From the NCBI RefSeq assembly GCF_001194135.2, contig NC_068991.1:43589018-43653017 (forward strand): a stretch of DNA of 64,000 nt, read 5' to 3'. How positions within the stretch are numbered: position 1 is the first letter of the stretch; the number at the start of each line of letters is the position of its first letter. Shown here in pieces: positions 36,925-50,600 of this stretch. The DNA comes from Octopus bimaculoides (taxonomy: Eukaryota). The translations under genes were made by a program, and so were the position numbers. Below the pieces are notes generated by a model. It saw only the letters and a program-made list of their open reading frames with translations, did not search any database and was not told the origin of the DNA.

Positions 36925-39900
36925 CCCTATGTGAAAACCAAATATAAATCATTGTTTCTCAAAGAGGGCCTAGTAAATACAGACTAACTACCATTTTCTA
37001 AATAAAAATGAAACCAAAGATGGGGGAGGAGGAGGATCAAGAACTTGGTTAGCAAAAATATTTCTAGTGCAAATGATATGAATAAGATTCCAAATGACTA
37101 CCAAAGGTGAGAAAGATCTGGTCTTCAAGAACTTACATACAATGTTACTTATTATTTGGAGCAGACTAATATACAGCATCTAAGGGTTGCACCTTTCATC
37201 AAAACAATCCTGATTTTCTTTTGTCTTTTTAACACTTGACACTCATGACACTAACAAATGCTAAAGATGAAGTGGGTTCCCAATCAGGAAAAGATTTTAA
37301 TCAAATATCACTGATTCAGATTAGTGAATGCTTCAGGATCCCAAAAGATACAGTTGTACAATGACTGCTGACAATGCAGAAGTTGTGATACGGTATTTCA
37401 TTCATAGGCAATACTCAAGAGCTGTAAGGACTATGTGTAACTTTCAAAAATATAGTTGTTTTTTTTTTAAATCTAAACATCACACTTAGAACTCTTGGAG
37501 ATTCTCAGTTTATCCTATTGCAATGCTTAGGAGCTGACTCATCTTGATCAGGAAAAGATCAAATGAATTGGAAATTAAAGGCAAGTGGGAAAATAAGTGG
37601 AGTTAAATGACGTTACAATTTGTTAAGGGAGACTCGACTGCTATTTCTAAAAAGTTGAATGACCCACAGAGACTATGTGACAAGTGTAGATGGAAGTAAA
37701 ATGAAAGAAAGCAGTAAGTGAAAGCGTAAATAAGAAAATTGTTGGATATCAAACGAAAAATGTATGTTAAGTTGCATATAAAATTGTACAAGCTTCACTT
37801 GGAGATGAATCTATATTATAATAAGAGTTATTTTTCTGTCTGTCCATCACATGCTATCTTCAGATCAAGATGGTTTTTAAGGAATTTGGAGAAATAAAAT
37901 AGAAAACAGTAAATATATTCAATTTAACCACTGAGTTCACGTAATGCAACATATGAAAAAATAAAATCTGTGTTGTATTTTTGGTTGAAAATATATTATT
38001 TTCTTCACATGCCACCAAGAAAAAAATGCTGTGAATATTTCACTCCCAAATATAACAATAGACTGTGTGATGAAAGGAAAACAATAAAGACGGAGATTGG
38101 ATTAAGGAAGAGTAAAGTAATAGAAATGGTGACAGATTTACTAAAACCTTCAGCCAATAAATTAATTATGCTATAAACCTATTTTGATTTACTGAATGCA
38201 GTTCTTTCACCAACTTGAAGGTAATTATTTTTGAGGTGAGTAAACTGGTAAACTATTTTACAAAAACTATCAATCAGTAAAGTACTCTGTTCTGATGCTT
38301 GAAAGGAAAATATATTATTTTTCACTTAAATATTCGTTGATATACAACAACTGTGAAATTTTTAAAACAAGGTCATGAAATCATTTAAAATCATTCCTTA
38401 TCACTTAACATCCACTTTTCCATGCTTGGAATTGATTTGAGTATCCTGAGTTTTTCATGGAAGACTGGAAATGAACATTGCTTGTATGATGGTGATGCTC
38501 ATTTACAACCATCACATGATATTAAGTCAAGGGTACACACAAATACACACACACAGACACAACAAGTACAAAAAATACAACACAGATCTTATGCACAATG
38601 AACATCTGGCTCAGGGTTAGAGTAAAAGACATTTGCCCATGGTGCCATACAGTGGGGTTGAACCCAAGACCACTAAAAGAGAAACCTGTAATAATGATAT
38701 CCCAATAAGTGGTTTTCAAACACTCAGGCATTCACTTTACTCACTGAAGATATCCAAGCTCATCCTTGCATTTTACCAGATTATTTTGGTTTTATCAATA
38801 CCACATACATGTACCTAAATCCAAAGATACCCACCCTAATTAAGAAGGATTCACTGAAACTTATTTAGCAGTGCTCCAGCATGGTCACAGTCAAATAACT
38901 GAAACAAGTAAAAGAATATGAGGAAGTTTTGATGAAGTTATTTCACTGAAATGCCATGTTAATAATTAACAAAATATAGCACTCATTGTCTGCCACAAAA
39001 ATTTCTGACAAATGTGTGAGGTTAAGTGATCTGCTAGAAATAGCAGCCAATTCTCCTTCAAATCAGCCATAATGTAAAAACAGAATCTTGATGAGGAACA
39101 ATATGGAGAAGTCATCTCAATAAAGTAAATAGTATAGCATGTATATTGAGTCTGTAGCATTAGAAGAACACTAGCTATTGGAACAATGAGGTAAAAGGTT
39201 TAATAAACATAAATGAAACATTTAAATTGCTCTAAGTGCCTATAAATGATCAACAGACTTGATATGTTGCTAACAGCAAACAAAACATCCTGGTAAAGTA
39301 TGTAATAGCCGCCAGACTGTTTTTATATTTCTTTTTTTATTTTTTGATGTAAGTCAGTACACTGGGTTTGTAAATACAGCAAAAAAAGAAAAGAAAATTA
39401 AATTGATAGAAATAATACAAAAAAAAAAATGTAATAACACATTGGGAATATATGGCCTCCTTGTCTGTGACAAGCTCATCTGAGAAAGATTTCTGTCATT
39501 CAATCAATACTGAAGAAAGAAGCTGTTAATTGCTGGGGAACAGAATCAAATGGAAGATGGAAACTTAAAAACATGTAAAAATCATGTATACAAAATAATT
39601 CTAATTTATATGCATTTTTGTCTCTTGTCACCTTGTCTCTTGCATATGAATGTCGATGGATTACAACTAGATTTTTAAAAAAATTTCATTACGAATGTAA
39701 ATGTCTGTGTGTGTGCATTTGTGTATGATTAGTTTCTATTGGCACGTGCAAGGTATCTAATAAATAATAAATAAAATAAATGAACAAGCAATCTTTGAAA
39801 TAGGAAATTAATGTGTTGTTGCTCCCATTGTTCATATTACTATTGTTGATAGTAAATATGACATTCATATAAAAGAATGTCACTTGAAATGGGTCAGAAG

Positions 39901-42900
39901 GAAGCTTTGGCCTCTAAAAGAAAATGGTGTGTATCCTCCTCCTCCACACTCAAATAAAGACCCCCCCCCCCCGACAGATAATATTGATGATGATTGTGAT
40001 AGTAGTTGCTAAGACAACAATCTAAACATCTCTCCCACTCCAACAATCACTGGGTTTTCTTTGTCAAATTACAAACTGAATTTCTCATCCAAACAATTCA
40101 CTAGGTGAGTAAGCAAATGACAAAAATGATTTAAACAGTGAGAAAAGTAAATAAATTTAATCTGTCAATGAATAAGTGACTGAGTTAGCTACAGAATGAG
40201 TGAGTGGATCTATGAATAAATTGGTGGCTAGTGAAAGAGTTTGAGACAGAGAAAATGTTTGTGTATATGAGTATGTAAACTTGCTATTTTTACATTATCA
40301 AGGTCACTGTCACAAATCACCACAACATGACAGTTTAGCTTAGTCACAGAGAATTACACAAGGCCTTTGTTACCAAATATGTTATGGTGGGGCTGTAGGG
40401 TACATGATTTCAGGTTCACTCCTATTGTGTGGTACATTGGACAAGTGTCTTCTACTGTAACTCCAGATTGACCAAAGCCTTGTGAGTGGATGTGGATTTG
40501 GTAGATAGAAACTGAAAGAAGCCTGTTGGAATTTTGGGGTGAGTTGTCTTGCCTGTCTTTGACTTTCAGGTGTTTTAACATAGAGCATTTGAGGAAGTCA
40601 TCCCCTCTGCACTAGACTGCAGCCTACCGGCAAGCAAGCGGAGTATGCATGGTTGATGCATGTCTATTTGTTTATTTGCATCATTACCTCTATGTATAGA
40701 CACAATATGTACCCATGCAAGCATGAGAATTAAACCTTAAACTGAACTAAACAGAAATAATTATAAAAGTTACTTATATGTTCCAATATTGCAATAACTG
40801 GAAGGCACTCCAGAACAGAAATTGCTCATGTGGTTAAGTTCTTGAATATTAATTAGATGAACTTTCATAGAAATGATACAGGTGTACCCNNNNNNNNNNA
40901 CCACCACCAAAAAAAAAACAACGAAGATTAATTATTTCATTTTAATTGTATTAATTATGCAATCAGCCTATTCCATCAATTCCAGAACTATGACCTCCTC
41001 CACAAAAAAATTTATATGGATATACATACTGTGTTTCAATCTATGGAATATATCATATTAGAGTGCCTTCGTTTTAACATTTCTAACAATCAGACTATTA
41101 TAAATTATACTAAGACTAAAATGAAGGATAGTAAGGTTAAAGGATTAAAACATTTTTTTTTGCTTGATCATAGTTAGGAAGTGCTTGCAACAGATTTTAT
41201 TCACCAATGCACTTGGGATTACTTTGGAGGTTTCTGCATTACCTACTAACTTTAATAATGTTTTTATAGCTGATGTTTTTCCTATTAGGAACTGCTGTCA
41301 TGAAATGGGCATTATAAGTCACCAATATACGTGAAGTTTTGGTAATACTTAGCATTCTATTGTATTATCTGTTGTCTACACTGTGAAATAACCTGATCTG
41401 TATTAAGAATATGGTTAGAGTTTAGAATTAAGCTTATGGTTTGATTGCATGCTAAAGTGTAAATGGCCAGGTAAAGAACATGCTAAAGAGGCACCAAATT
41501 TTTTTCTCTTACTAAGAATCCTTTCCATTTTATATCTGCCTTATTATATAAAGCCCAGTTTTCTAGATAGAGAGAAAGACTCTTTTGTGATGAACAAAGA
41601 TAGGCCTTCTCTAAAATCCTTTCAACCAGTTAACCAGAATTTAATCTTAGGCTATGTGATCTTTATTCCCCTGCTGCTCAGATGTCAACAACTCCAGTAA
41701 ATCTGTTACAGTTCAAAAGTTCAACTATACCTAGTAGCATCTATATGACAATATCATAAAATAGCCAAGTGAGAAATAACACTGAAATGGTAATGTTGAA
41801 AGGTTGTTAAGTAAAATAATACAAGCTTGACAACCACAAGTTGGAACAAGTTCAGTTGGTATCTCCGGAGTAACACACCAGAAAAGTCAACCATTAGAAA
41901 TAGATTTATCTTCAATGAAAATAAGTGCAAAGAAAGAAAGAAAAAGAAGAAAAAAAAGACGATAAGAAGTGAACAACTGAATTCTCATATTTATTCTGAA
42001 ACAGCTGGAAACTATTCTAACAAATAAGAGAGCTTTGTTGAAGAGTAAATAAAATTAGTTGTTGGGATAAAAGTCAGAACAATTTGTCATGATAAGGAGC
42101 TAATGTATGGAGCCAGTGTTTCTGTTTGTTCATGCTTTTACAGCATCTGTTTATGTTGCAAAGATGTGGGGTATAGTTGGTAATACAAAAGGACTACACT
42201 TACTTTTGCTGCAGCTAAACTCCTCCTATTCAAATATATCAAGGCTTTGCCAGCATTTTTTGTTATCCATGAGCAAGCTAAGTCTGAACTTTGGTTTTAA
42301 TGAGGGAGGCAGATCTCTGGTTTGTGATGTGACATGCAAACCTGGGTGTCACAACCCATAAAGCAGAGTAGAGAAAAAGTTATAAATACAGTGACCTGAG
42401 CAGCAGCTATCAGTTTGTGTTGCTCGCCATCAAGATATCAGGTGTTCTCACACTACATACTATCAATTTCCTCTTCAAAATAGGGATAACAGCAGCCCAC
42501 TAGAGAAATGAGCACCATGAGGTAGAGCGGCTGCTGCAGCGAGTGTCATTGGCCATTCTCTGCAGCAGCACAATCACAGGGCATGGCTGAGCACACCATT
42601 TGTTCTGCAGCATGTAGCCCATCTACCCCTCCCCCTCTATCTTACACTGCTTCTCCCCCCTTTTTTCTTTTCTTTCTTATCTCTCCCTTTTCCTATTTCC
42701 TTGTATTTAGTTGGTAAATTCATTCAATTGTACATAATTCATTACTAAAGTTGTTTACCTACAATAGAGGTAAAGAAAACCAAAACTTTCCATTTTTTCC
42801 CTTAAAACTTTCAGGTTTTTAAATTCATTTTTTTCGTTTTCATTGCTTGAAATTAGTGCACTAACAGGTTTAAGCCACAATTTCATAGATAAGTTTGCCA

Positions 42901-45900
42901 TACTTAGCCAAAAAAAGAATTAACAGTTTGTTTTTTTATTGTTTCCTTCTTTGAATGGATACAATATTGAACTTCTTGCATTCAAATCTCATCTTCAAAT
43001 TTTGCTACAAGCAATAGGTACTTGAGTAAATTTTTCATGGAGAATCAGTCAGAAATGGGATGCAATTTAAAAATAGACATCTTCTGTGTTATCTTCAATA
43101 GCCATTTTTACTAAAAAATTTCAGATGTTCAGTTTATCAAAGTTAAAACCATAATTAATTAGGTAACATACCATCATCATTGTTTAATGTCTAATTTCCC
43201 ATGCTTGATGGATGGGGCAGGGGTGGGGTAGTCAGACAAGAATATATTGGGACAGTTTTCTGCAGTTGAATGTCCTTCCAGAATACATACCCCCACCTGT
43301 TTCTAAGTGAGGTAATAATCCTGCAATCCACTGAAACAATGGTTTTAGTTGTTTCCATAGAGAACTGGTAACAAATGACACCATTTAGATGAGTCTTTTG
43401 TTTAGAACTAGCAGACATGTAAAAAGGGGGAATGCAAACTCACCCACCCACAGATATACAAACGTGTATACATACATAATTATAAATATATATACATGCA
43501 CAATAGGTTTCTTCAGTTTCTATGTACCAATTTCAATTACAAGATATTAGCTGACCACAGCTAGAGTTTACTCAGATCAACCTTTATTTTGGAAGTTATT
43601 GAAGGTGCTAGCAGTCATGATTTTGTGGGTAAAGCTATGGGATACCAGCAGTTCAGATTTTGACAGATAAAAGTAATGATTTTACATTTAAAATAATTAC
43701 ACATAATAGTTTTTATACAGATTGTTGCCGGTTAGCTCTTACAGACTGTTGTCAGTTGCTGTGGATCATGCAAAATTTAATTCCTTACTTACAGAATTCA
43801 ATAAAATTACAATATGTAGTAGATGTTAATACACAGAAGTGCTAACAGCTGTGGACTTGAAACGGTTGAACTCATTGAGAATACTTAGTTTGAAATTACA
43901 TTCTTTAATTCTTTTCCTGGTTTCAGTAAATAGGGTGTGGCTATATACTGAGGCAAAGCTTTTGAGGACTTTTAGTCAATTGTATCACTGCTAATACTTA
44001 TTTCAGTCTGGTATTGAATTTACTAACTAAAATTGTTGCTGCAGTTGTAGCTACAATTAGTCGTTATTCTTTACCATCAAACTCAACAGTTTTTCAGCAG
44101 CTGAATGTCTTTCCTGACACCGGGTTTCCTGTTTTCAAGTAANNNNNNNNNNCCAGAGATGATAAAATCAAAAGATTTTGCTAAACATTTTTGTTATATT
44201 TCTGTTGAAATACCTTGCCTTTGTTTCAATTAATTTTGAAAATAATGAAGAATTTAATAAAATAATTGTCATTATGAAGCTGGTATTTTGAATATAAATT
44301 AATATGAATCCTTACTGGAAACTTTTAATTTAAATTACATTAAAACAAGAAATTTGTATCATAGAACCAAAGGTGGTTTCAGGTAAGTTAATATCAAAAG
44401 AGTCAAAAGTGCAATATAATGCTTACATTGGAACCTAAAAGCAAGTAGTCTCATGATTGAAACCATTTAACTACAGCATCTATTCTGAGTGGTTAGATAG
44501 TTTAGCATTTTATATGCATATATTTGAATATGAATTTTTACAGTGATGCCCTTTCATAACCCAAACCACTTACTCAGAAAGTTGTATGCTAGGTTAGCAT
44601 TCCATACTACAGAAGAAAAGAAAAAGGAAACATTATCAAATGACAGCAGCTCCTTATCATGTCACTGGCTAATGCGACTAATCTTGTTCAGTATTTTTGC
44701 TACACTTTATGGATTAAATGTTTCAAATTTATGGATGTTCAGTTTGGCTCACAGATTTTTTAATTAATTTTTTTTTAACTAAACAGTTTGAAACTTTGTA
44801 TGCTGGTGGAATGTCTCAGGCAGAACACAGTTTACTTTGAACATTTTTGACAAAATTTGGTATTTTAGAAGTTATTTCATGTTAGACTTGTTGTATTTGG
44901 GTAATTTCAACCAATCAACATGTATTCGGTTGAAGAAAGCTACTGCTGTTTGCGATAGCAATCGAAGAGGAACAACATCCGGGTCATCTCTACTAAATGT
45001 CACCACTCTGCTCTATTCGTATGGCGAGTGAAGACGATGTTACCTTTATCCTTTCTAGTCAACACCGTGCATTCCTTACTCTTTCCCTACCTTCTACACT
45101 ATCAACTAGTAACCAGCAAGAGAACTTGTCACTGCCACTACAATTATCGTATTTTCCAGTGTATTCACCCTTTCTGTTACATTGCACTGAATGAACGGTA
45201 ACCCAATCAGTGCTAGTACCATGATAAAATTCCTCCAGCACAATCTGTGAAGTGGTCGGCAATTGAGTGAAGATAACATGAGGGTTCAGAGGACCACTTA
45301 ATCTTGTCAAGATCATGACAACCTCTCTTACAATAATGCCACAATACAATGCATCCAGTACACTATGTTAAGTAATTGCAAATAAAGACAGCCAGACATA
45401 AAAACCAAGCTGAAAATTGAAATGTATGAGAGAAACATGGTTCTCCAACCAGTTTAGGGGAACAGTAACTCCAAATAAGAACAGACCCAGAAAGTAATGA
45501 CTCATCCAATTCATGCCAACATGGAAAACATGCATAAAACAATGATGATGACTAATGTATTATCTCATAAAAGATATTATCATAATTTACTTTTATATCA
45601 TGACCATCAATTATTATTTAAGTTACAGTAACTGAAGACTGAAATTTAAAACATCCGCTAGTCTACAGCAGAAGAGCTACAAAAAGAAAAGTGGACAAAA
45701 CTATATGAAAATGTCAAAAACTATATCTAGTAGATATTCTAACAACGTTCATGACTAGAAAATACAAGGACAGTTAAAAGAACAACAACACTTACATATT
45801 ACTGAATGTCATTGATTTTTAAAACATGACTCTAGAACAGAACAGCAGCATGTCTGACTCACTGTGATACAGTCAAGAGGTTTTAAACATCAGTCAATGC

Positions 45901-46079
45901 CACATTGAGAAGCATGGATCTGCTCTCTACTCCTCTGTCTTTTCATTAACTATATTAGTGGGTACATATGGAGAATTAAATGGGACAAATAGCATGTTTT
46001 GAGTTCAATTACAGTAAAACTAATAGAAAAAAATCTTTTATTAAAAGCATATTTTAAGGAGAGAAAAGGCATATAAATT

Positions 46080-46310
46080 AAATGAAAATGAATAAAAAGA
46101 AAAAGACAGGAAGAGATGAGGGTGAGTTTGAGTGTGATAGAGAGAGGGAAGAAGATGAGCAGCAGAATAGAAAATATGTGAGAGAAGACAAAAAAGAGGA
46201 CAGTGTTATGTAAGGAAAAGATGAAAGACAGAAAGAGTGCAGGAGATAATAGATAAAGAAAGAGTGGAAGAGACAAAAGAGAAAGAGGAAAAAGAAGAGG
46301 CAGAAAGCTG
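46080..46310. repeat. Polypurine (GA-rich) low-complexity tract; similar tracts at ~50665-50985 and ~57060-57250
   Basis: Almost exclusively A/G on the + strand. Confidence 0.85.
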
Positions 46311-46480
46311 AATACAGATGGTTATCTTATGTCTCACTCAGAATTTTCCACACATTTTCCACACTAGGACAGTTGCAGTAGGTTTAACTCTTTTATAGAT
46401 TCCTAAAAGTTTATATAAAATGTACAGTATGAAGAGATCAATTCCCATATGCTGACGAATACATGCAGATGTGCATGAGT

Positions 46481-46525
<45 letters not shown>

Positions 46526-47418
46526 GAAAGGATTTAAAAAATGGAGTATAAAAGTTTGAAAGGTTTTCACAGTAAAAGATAGCAAATGTTAAAAAATTTG
46601 GATTTTGTTAAATTTAGGTTTGTAAAAAAGTAAAATGCTTTTGAATAGACTTGAACATGCAAAAATGTTAAGCATTAAATGTCAGTACAGCTGTGTGGTT
46701 GAAATATATACTTTCCAACCACACTGCTCTGAGATGAATCCTACTGAGCAACACTTTGGGCAAGTAACTTCTATTACCTCTGGAGGTAACCAATACTTTG
46801 TGAGTGGAATTTGGTGGGTGGAAATTGTGCAAATATCCACTGTGACATCATCATCATTATTTTTATATTTGCTTTCCATGCTGATATGAGTTGGACAGTG
46901 AGACAGGATCCAATAGTTTGGAGGACCACATCTTGCACCAGTGCCCCAGTTTTGGTAAGGTTTCTAAAACTGGATATCATTCCAGAAACCAAATACTTTA
47001 CAGAGGGTACTGGGTGTCTTTGTGTATGTGTGCATGTATGTATACATATAAAAAGCTTTCCAACATGATTTGAAGTTCAGTCCCACTGTGTGGCATCTTG
47101 CTGAAGTGTCTTATTTCATAGCCTTGGGCCAATAAAAGCATCACGAGTGGATTTGGTAGCACCCCCTGAAACCGAAAGAAGCTTATCATGTGTGTGCATA
47201 TTTTATATATAATGTAACTACAAATGTGTGCTATTGGTGATATCTTTTCCTTCTTTTGACTTTTCCTTTTCTCCTTTCCAATGAAGAGCTATGTCTGAAC
47301 CGTCAACAACTCTCTTTTTACTGAATGTCAAACTAATACATTCCTTGTGCACGTCCTCTTGTTTGTTATTGTTAATTTTATTGTTCATTTATTTGATTTA
47401 ACTATAAATATATATATA

Positions 47419-47614
47419 TCATCATCATCATCGTTTAACGTCCGCTTTCCATGCTAGCATGGGTTGGACGATTTGACTGAGGACTGGTGCAACCGGATGG
47501 CTACACCAGGCTCCAATCTAATTTGGCAGAGTTTCTACAGCTGGATGCCCTTCCTAACGCCAACCACTCAGAGAGTGTAGTGGGTGCTTTTACGTGTCAC
47601 CCGCACGAAAACGG
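47419..47614 (-). mobile_element. Young (GAT)n-tailed SINE copy truncated by the assembly gap
   Basis: CATCATCATCGTTTAACGTCCGCTTTCCATGCTAGCATGGGTTGGACG..., the reverse complement of 21100-21290 with few differences. Confidence 0.9.
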
Positions 47615-50600
47615 NNNNNNNNNNNNNNNNNNNNNNNNNNNNNNNNNNNNNNNNNNNNNNNNNNNNNNNNNNNNNNNNNNNNNNNNNNNNNNNNNNNNNN
47701 NNNNNNNNNNNNNNNNNNNNNNNNNNNNNNNNNNNNNNNNNNNNNNNNNNNNNNNNNNNNNNNNNNNNNNNNNNNNNNNNNNNNNNNNNNNNNNNNNNNN
47801 NNNNNNNNNNNNNNNNNNNNNNNNNNNNNNNNNNNNNNNNNNNNNNNNNNNNNNNNNNNNNNNNNNNNNNNNNNNNNNNNNNNNNNNNNNNNNNNNNNNN
47901 NNNNNNNNNNNNNNNNNNNNNNNNNNNNNNNNNNNNNNNNNNNNNNNNNNNNNNNNNNNNNNNNNNNNNNNNNNNNNNNNNNNNNNNNNNNNNNNNNNNN
48001 NNNNNNNNNNNNNNNNNNNNNNNNNNNNNNNNNNNNNNNNNNNNNNNNNNNNNNNNNNNNNNNNNNNNNNNNNNNNNNNNNNNNNNNNNNNNNNNNNNNN
48101 NNNNNNNNNNNNNNNNNNNNNNNNNNNNNNNNNNNNNNNNNNNNNNNNNNNNNNNNNNNNNNNNNATACTCACACACATACATATATATATATATATAAA
48201 TAATAATAAAGGAGTTACGACGCAAAAACGTGCGTCGTAACTCCTTTATTATTATTAATATAACCAAAAGGATCGATTCTTCAAGAGTCTGCATACCTTC
48301 ACTGTCGTTTTTTTCTGCTATTTTGGTGATGATTTTTTGAGTTAGCTTACCAATTATTTTTGTTGGCAGTTAATTTATAATATATATATATATAATTTTC
48401 TCTTCCATTATGATACGATCAACAAAAAAGGTATTCCATCTAGTAGTGAGAGATAAATATCATTTAATGTAAACAGTATAAAGATACTAGCTACAAGAGC
48501 TATTAATAGTTTCTTGCTTTGGAGACAAGTCTAGGCAGGTTTTATAACATGCCTCGTGCCTTCAAGCAATCGTCGAGCTCTGAGCACATGGTCTATTCAA
48601 TTTACAAACCAAGATGCTGGTACAAGGGAAATCATGAGAAAAGAAACCAAAAAGGTGGTAGATATAAAAAGTGGAAGGGTGAATGAAAAAGAAAACTAGA
48701 GTAATGTTCCCTTTGACTGTAAAGCCATAATTATGCTAGTTGTAGAATGATTCAATGAAGTGAGGTCCAACGCCTGTGAGACGCTCTCCGTTGGATTATT
48801 ATACAACAACTAGCTTTATGGTCAAAAGGAACATAGCTCTCATTATCTTTCCTTTCTTTTTCTGTTTTTATTTATCTTTCTAATTTTTTGCATCTACCTC
48901 CTTTTAGTTTCTTTGTGATTTTCCTTGTACTAGCATCTTGATTTGAAAATTGACTAGACCATATGCTAAAGTCTGAAATTGTTTGGAGACAAGGCATGTT
49001 CTAAAAACCAGCCTAGACTTGTGTCTCCAAAGCAAGAAACAAAACTATTAGTAGTTTGTATCTTTATACTGAGTAGATTAAATGATATCACATACACATA
49101 AACAATAACACAGACTGGTTGAAGTTCACTACAGCTGTTTCAGATGTATTCTTTATTGATGAACATTGACATTGTATGATTGTTATAAATGAATATCACA
49201 GTCTCATACAACCATGGTCATTCATTGCCAATATTCTGCAAAGCATGTCTAGCCATGGGGAAATATTATCTTGCATTGGAAACAGGTGAGGGTTAGTGAC
49301 AGGAAGGACATTAAAACATAGAAAAGCTAGCCCAATAAACTCCATCTGACCCATGCAAGCATAGTAAAGTGGACATTAAAATTTATGCATCGGTTAAAAA
49401 GTAGCATACACAAAATGACACCCTTGAGTTAGTTATGTTGCATTACATCTAATACATACACACACACATATTTATGTGCATACCTATGTTCATGATTACA
49501 CTGGTCTAAAAACTAGTGTTATATAATGCTCCTTGATGTTCCATAATCTAAGAGCTTGACAACTACAGATGGATAAAATATACACTTATTTTTTATTAAG
49601 TCAGCTGGCTATTTGCAACATCAATGCCCAAAAAGTCACTCCTATTCTACATATTGTTGACAGTGAGATTTGGCTGGTATGTGATGAGTGGACATCTGTC
49701 ATTGAGGATGTGCAGTATGATGAAATCCTACATAATCTGGCAGTTCCAGTACCCATGCCAGAGGATTCTTGTCTGCTGTGTTGCATGTCTGTGCTTTTAT
49801 ACAGAATGTGTCTATGTGAGAGGACTACTCATAGCGAACACTGCAGTATTCAGTTTCTAACAGTATGTCCATGTTGAGTTGGATATAAAGATTGCCTTTA
49901 AGTACTATATTTTTATAAGCACTGGAGTCAATGCGATTGTCCATGACCTTGAAATTGGTGGCCCAGCATGTCCACAATTTAATCAGTGAGACCAGTAAAA
50001 GAAATAAAAGCTTATAGAATAAAAACAATGTCTAAACCTCAAGAGATACACTTCATAGTCAGTCACACTTTCAGAAAGAAAAGTGGATTAACTAATAATG
50101 ACTAATGCAGAGATGGTTGTAAACAACTTCATTTTTCTGGCAGTTATGATTATGAAAGAATTTTTCACCAAATGAGAATGGGATCTCACTGAGTTTGTTA
50201 TGTGAATTTCTAGGTCCAATCTCTTGCATATGTTTACATATGTAGATTTTCAAGTTTTTACATGGTACTTTGCAAATACTATTATTTGTTATAAAGTTTC
50301 TTTGGCTAGTCTAACTAACAGCATTCTCATTTTTAGGATGCTCTATATGGTCAGGACACCAGCAGAATCAAAGCACTCTTACCTCTTTGATATATCATAT
50401 ACCAGAGATTAGGTTACCTTAATATTGGGTTTCAAATTGCTTAGAAGGCATGACAGTAAATTAGAATATAGTTTTTATTTTTTTTATATATATTTTGAAT
50501 GTCTAGCAAAATTAGTAGTTTTGGACAAAATACCTCTTAGTATTTGGTTACATCTATTTCTGAAAATTTTTATGGGATTTTCTCAATTTTTTTTTTAAAG

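Noticed and set aside
45950-46276. F/L/S-rich membrane-like or E/R/K-rich ORFs (also 50656-51019)
   Set aside because: Low-complexity polypurine/polypyrimidine tracts.
50370-50430. Candidate DESI2 exon 1 (…GTA TAT GAT ATA TCA AAG AG|gtaag)
   Set aside because: In-frame stop immediately upstream, no Asn before VYD, and the wrong phase for exon 2.
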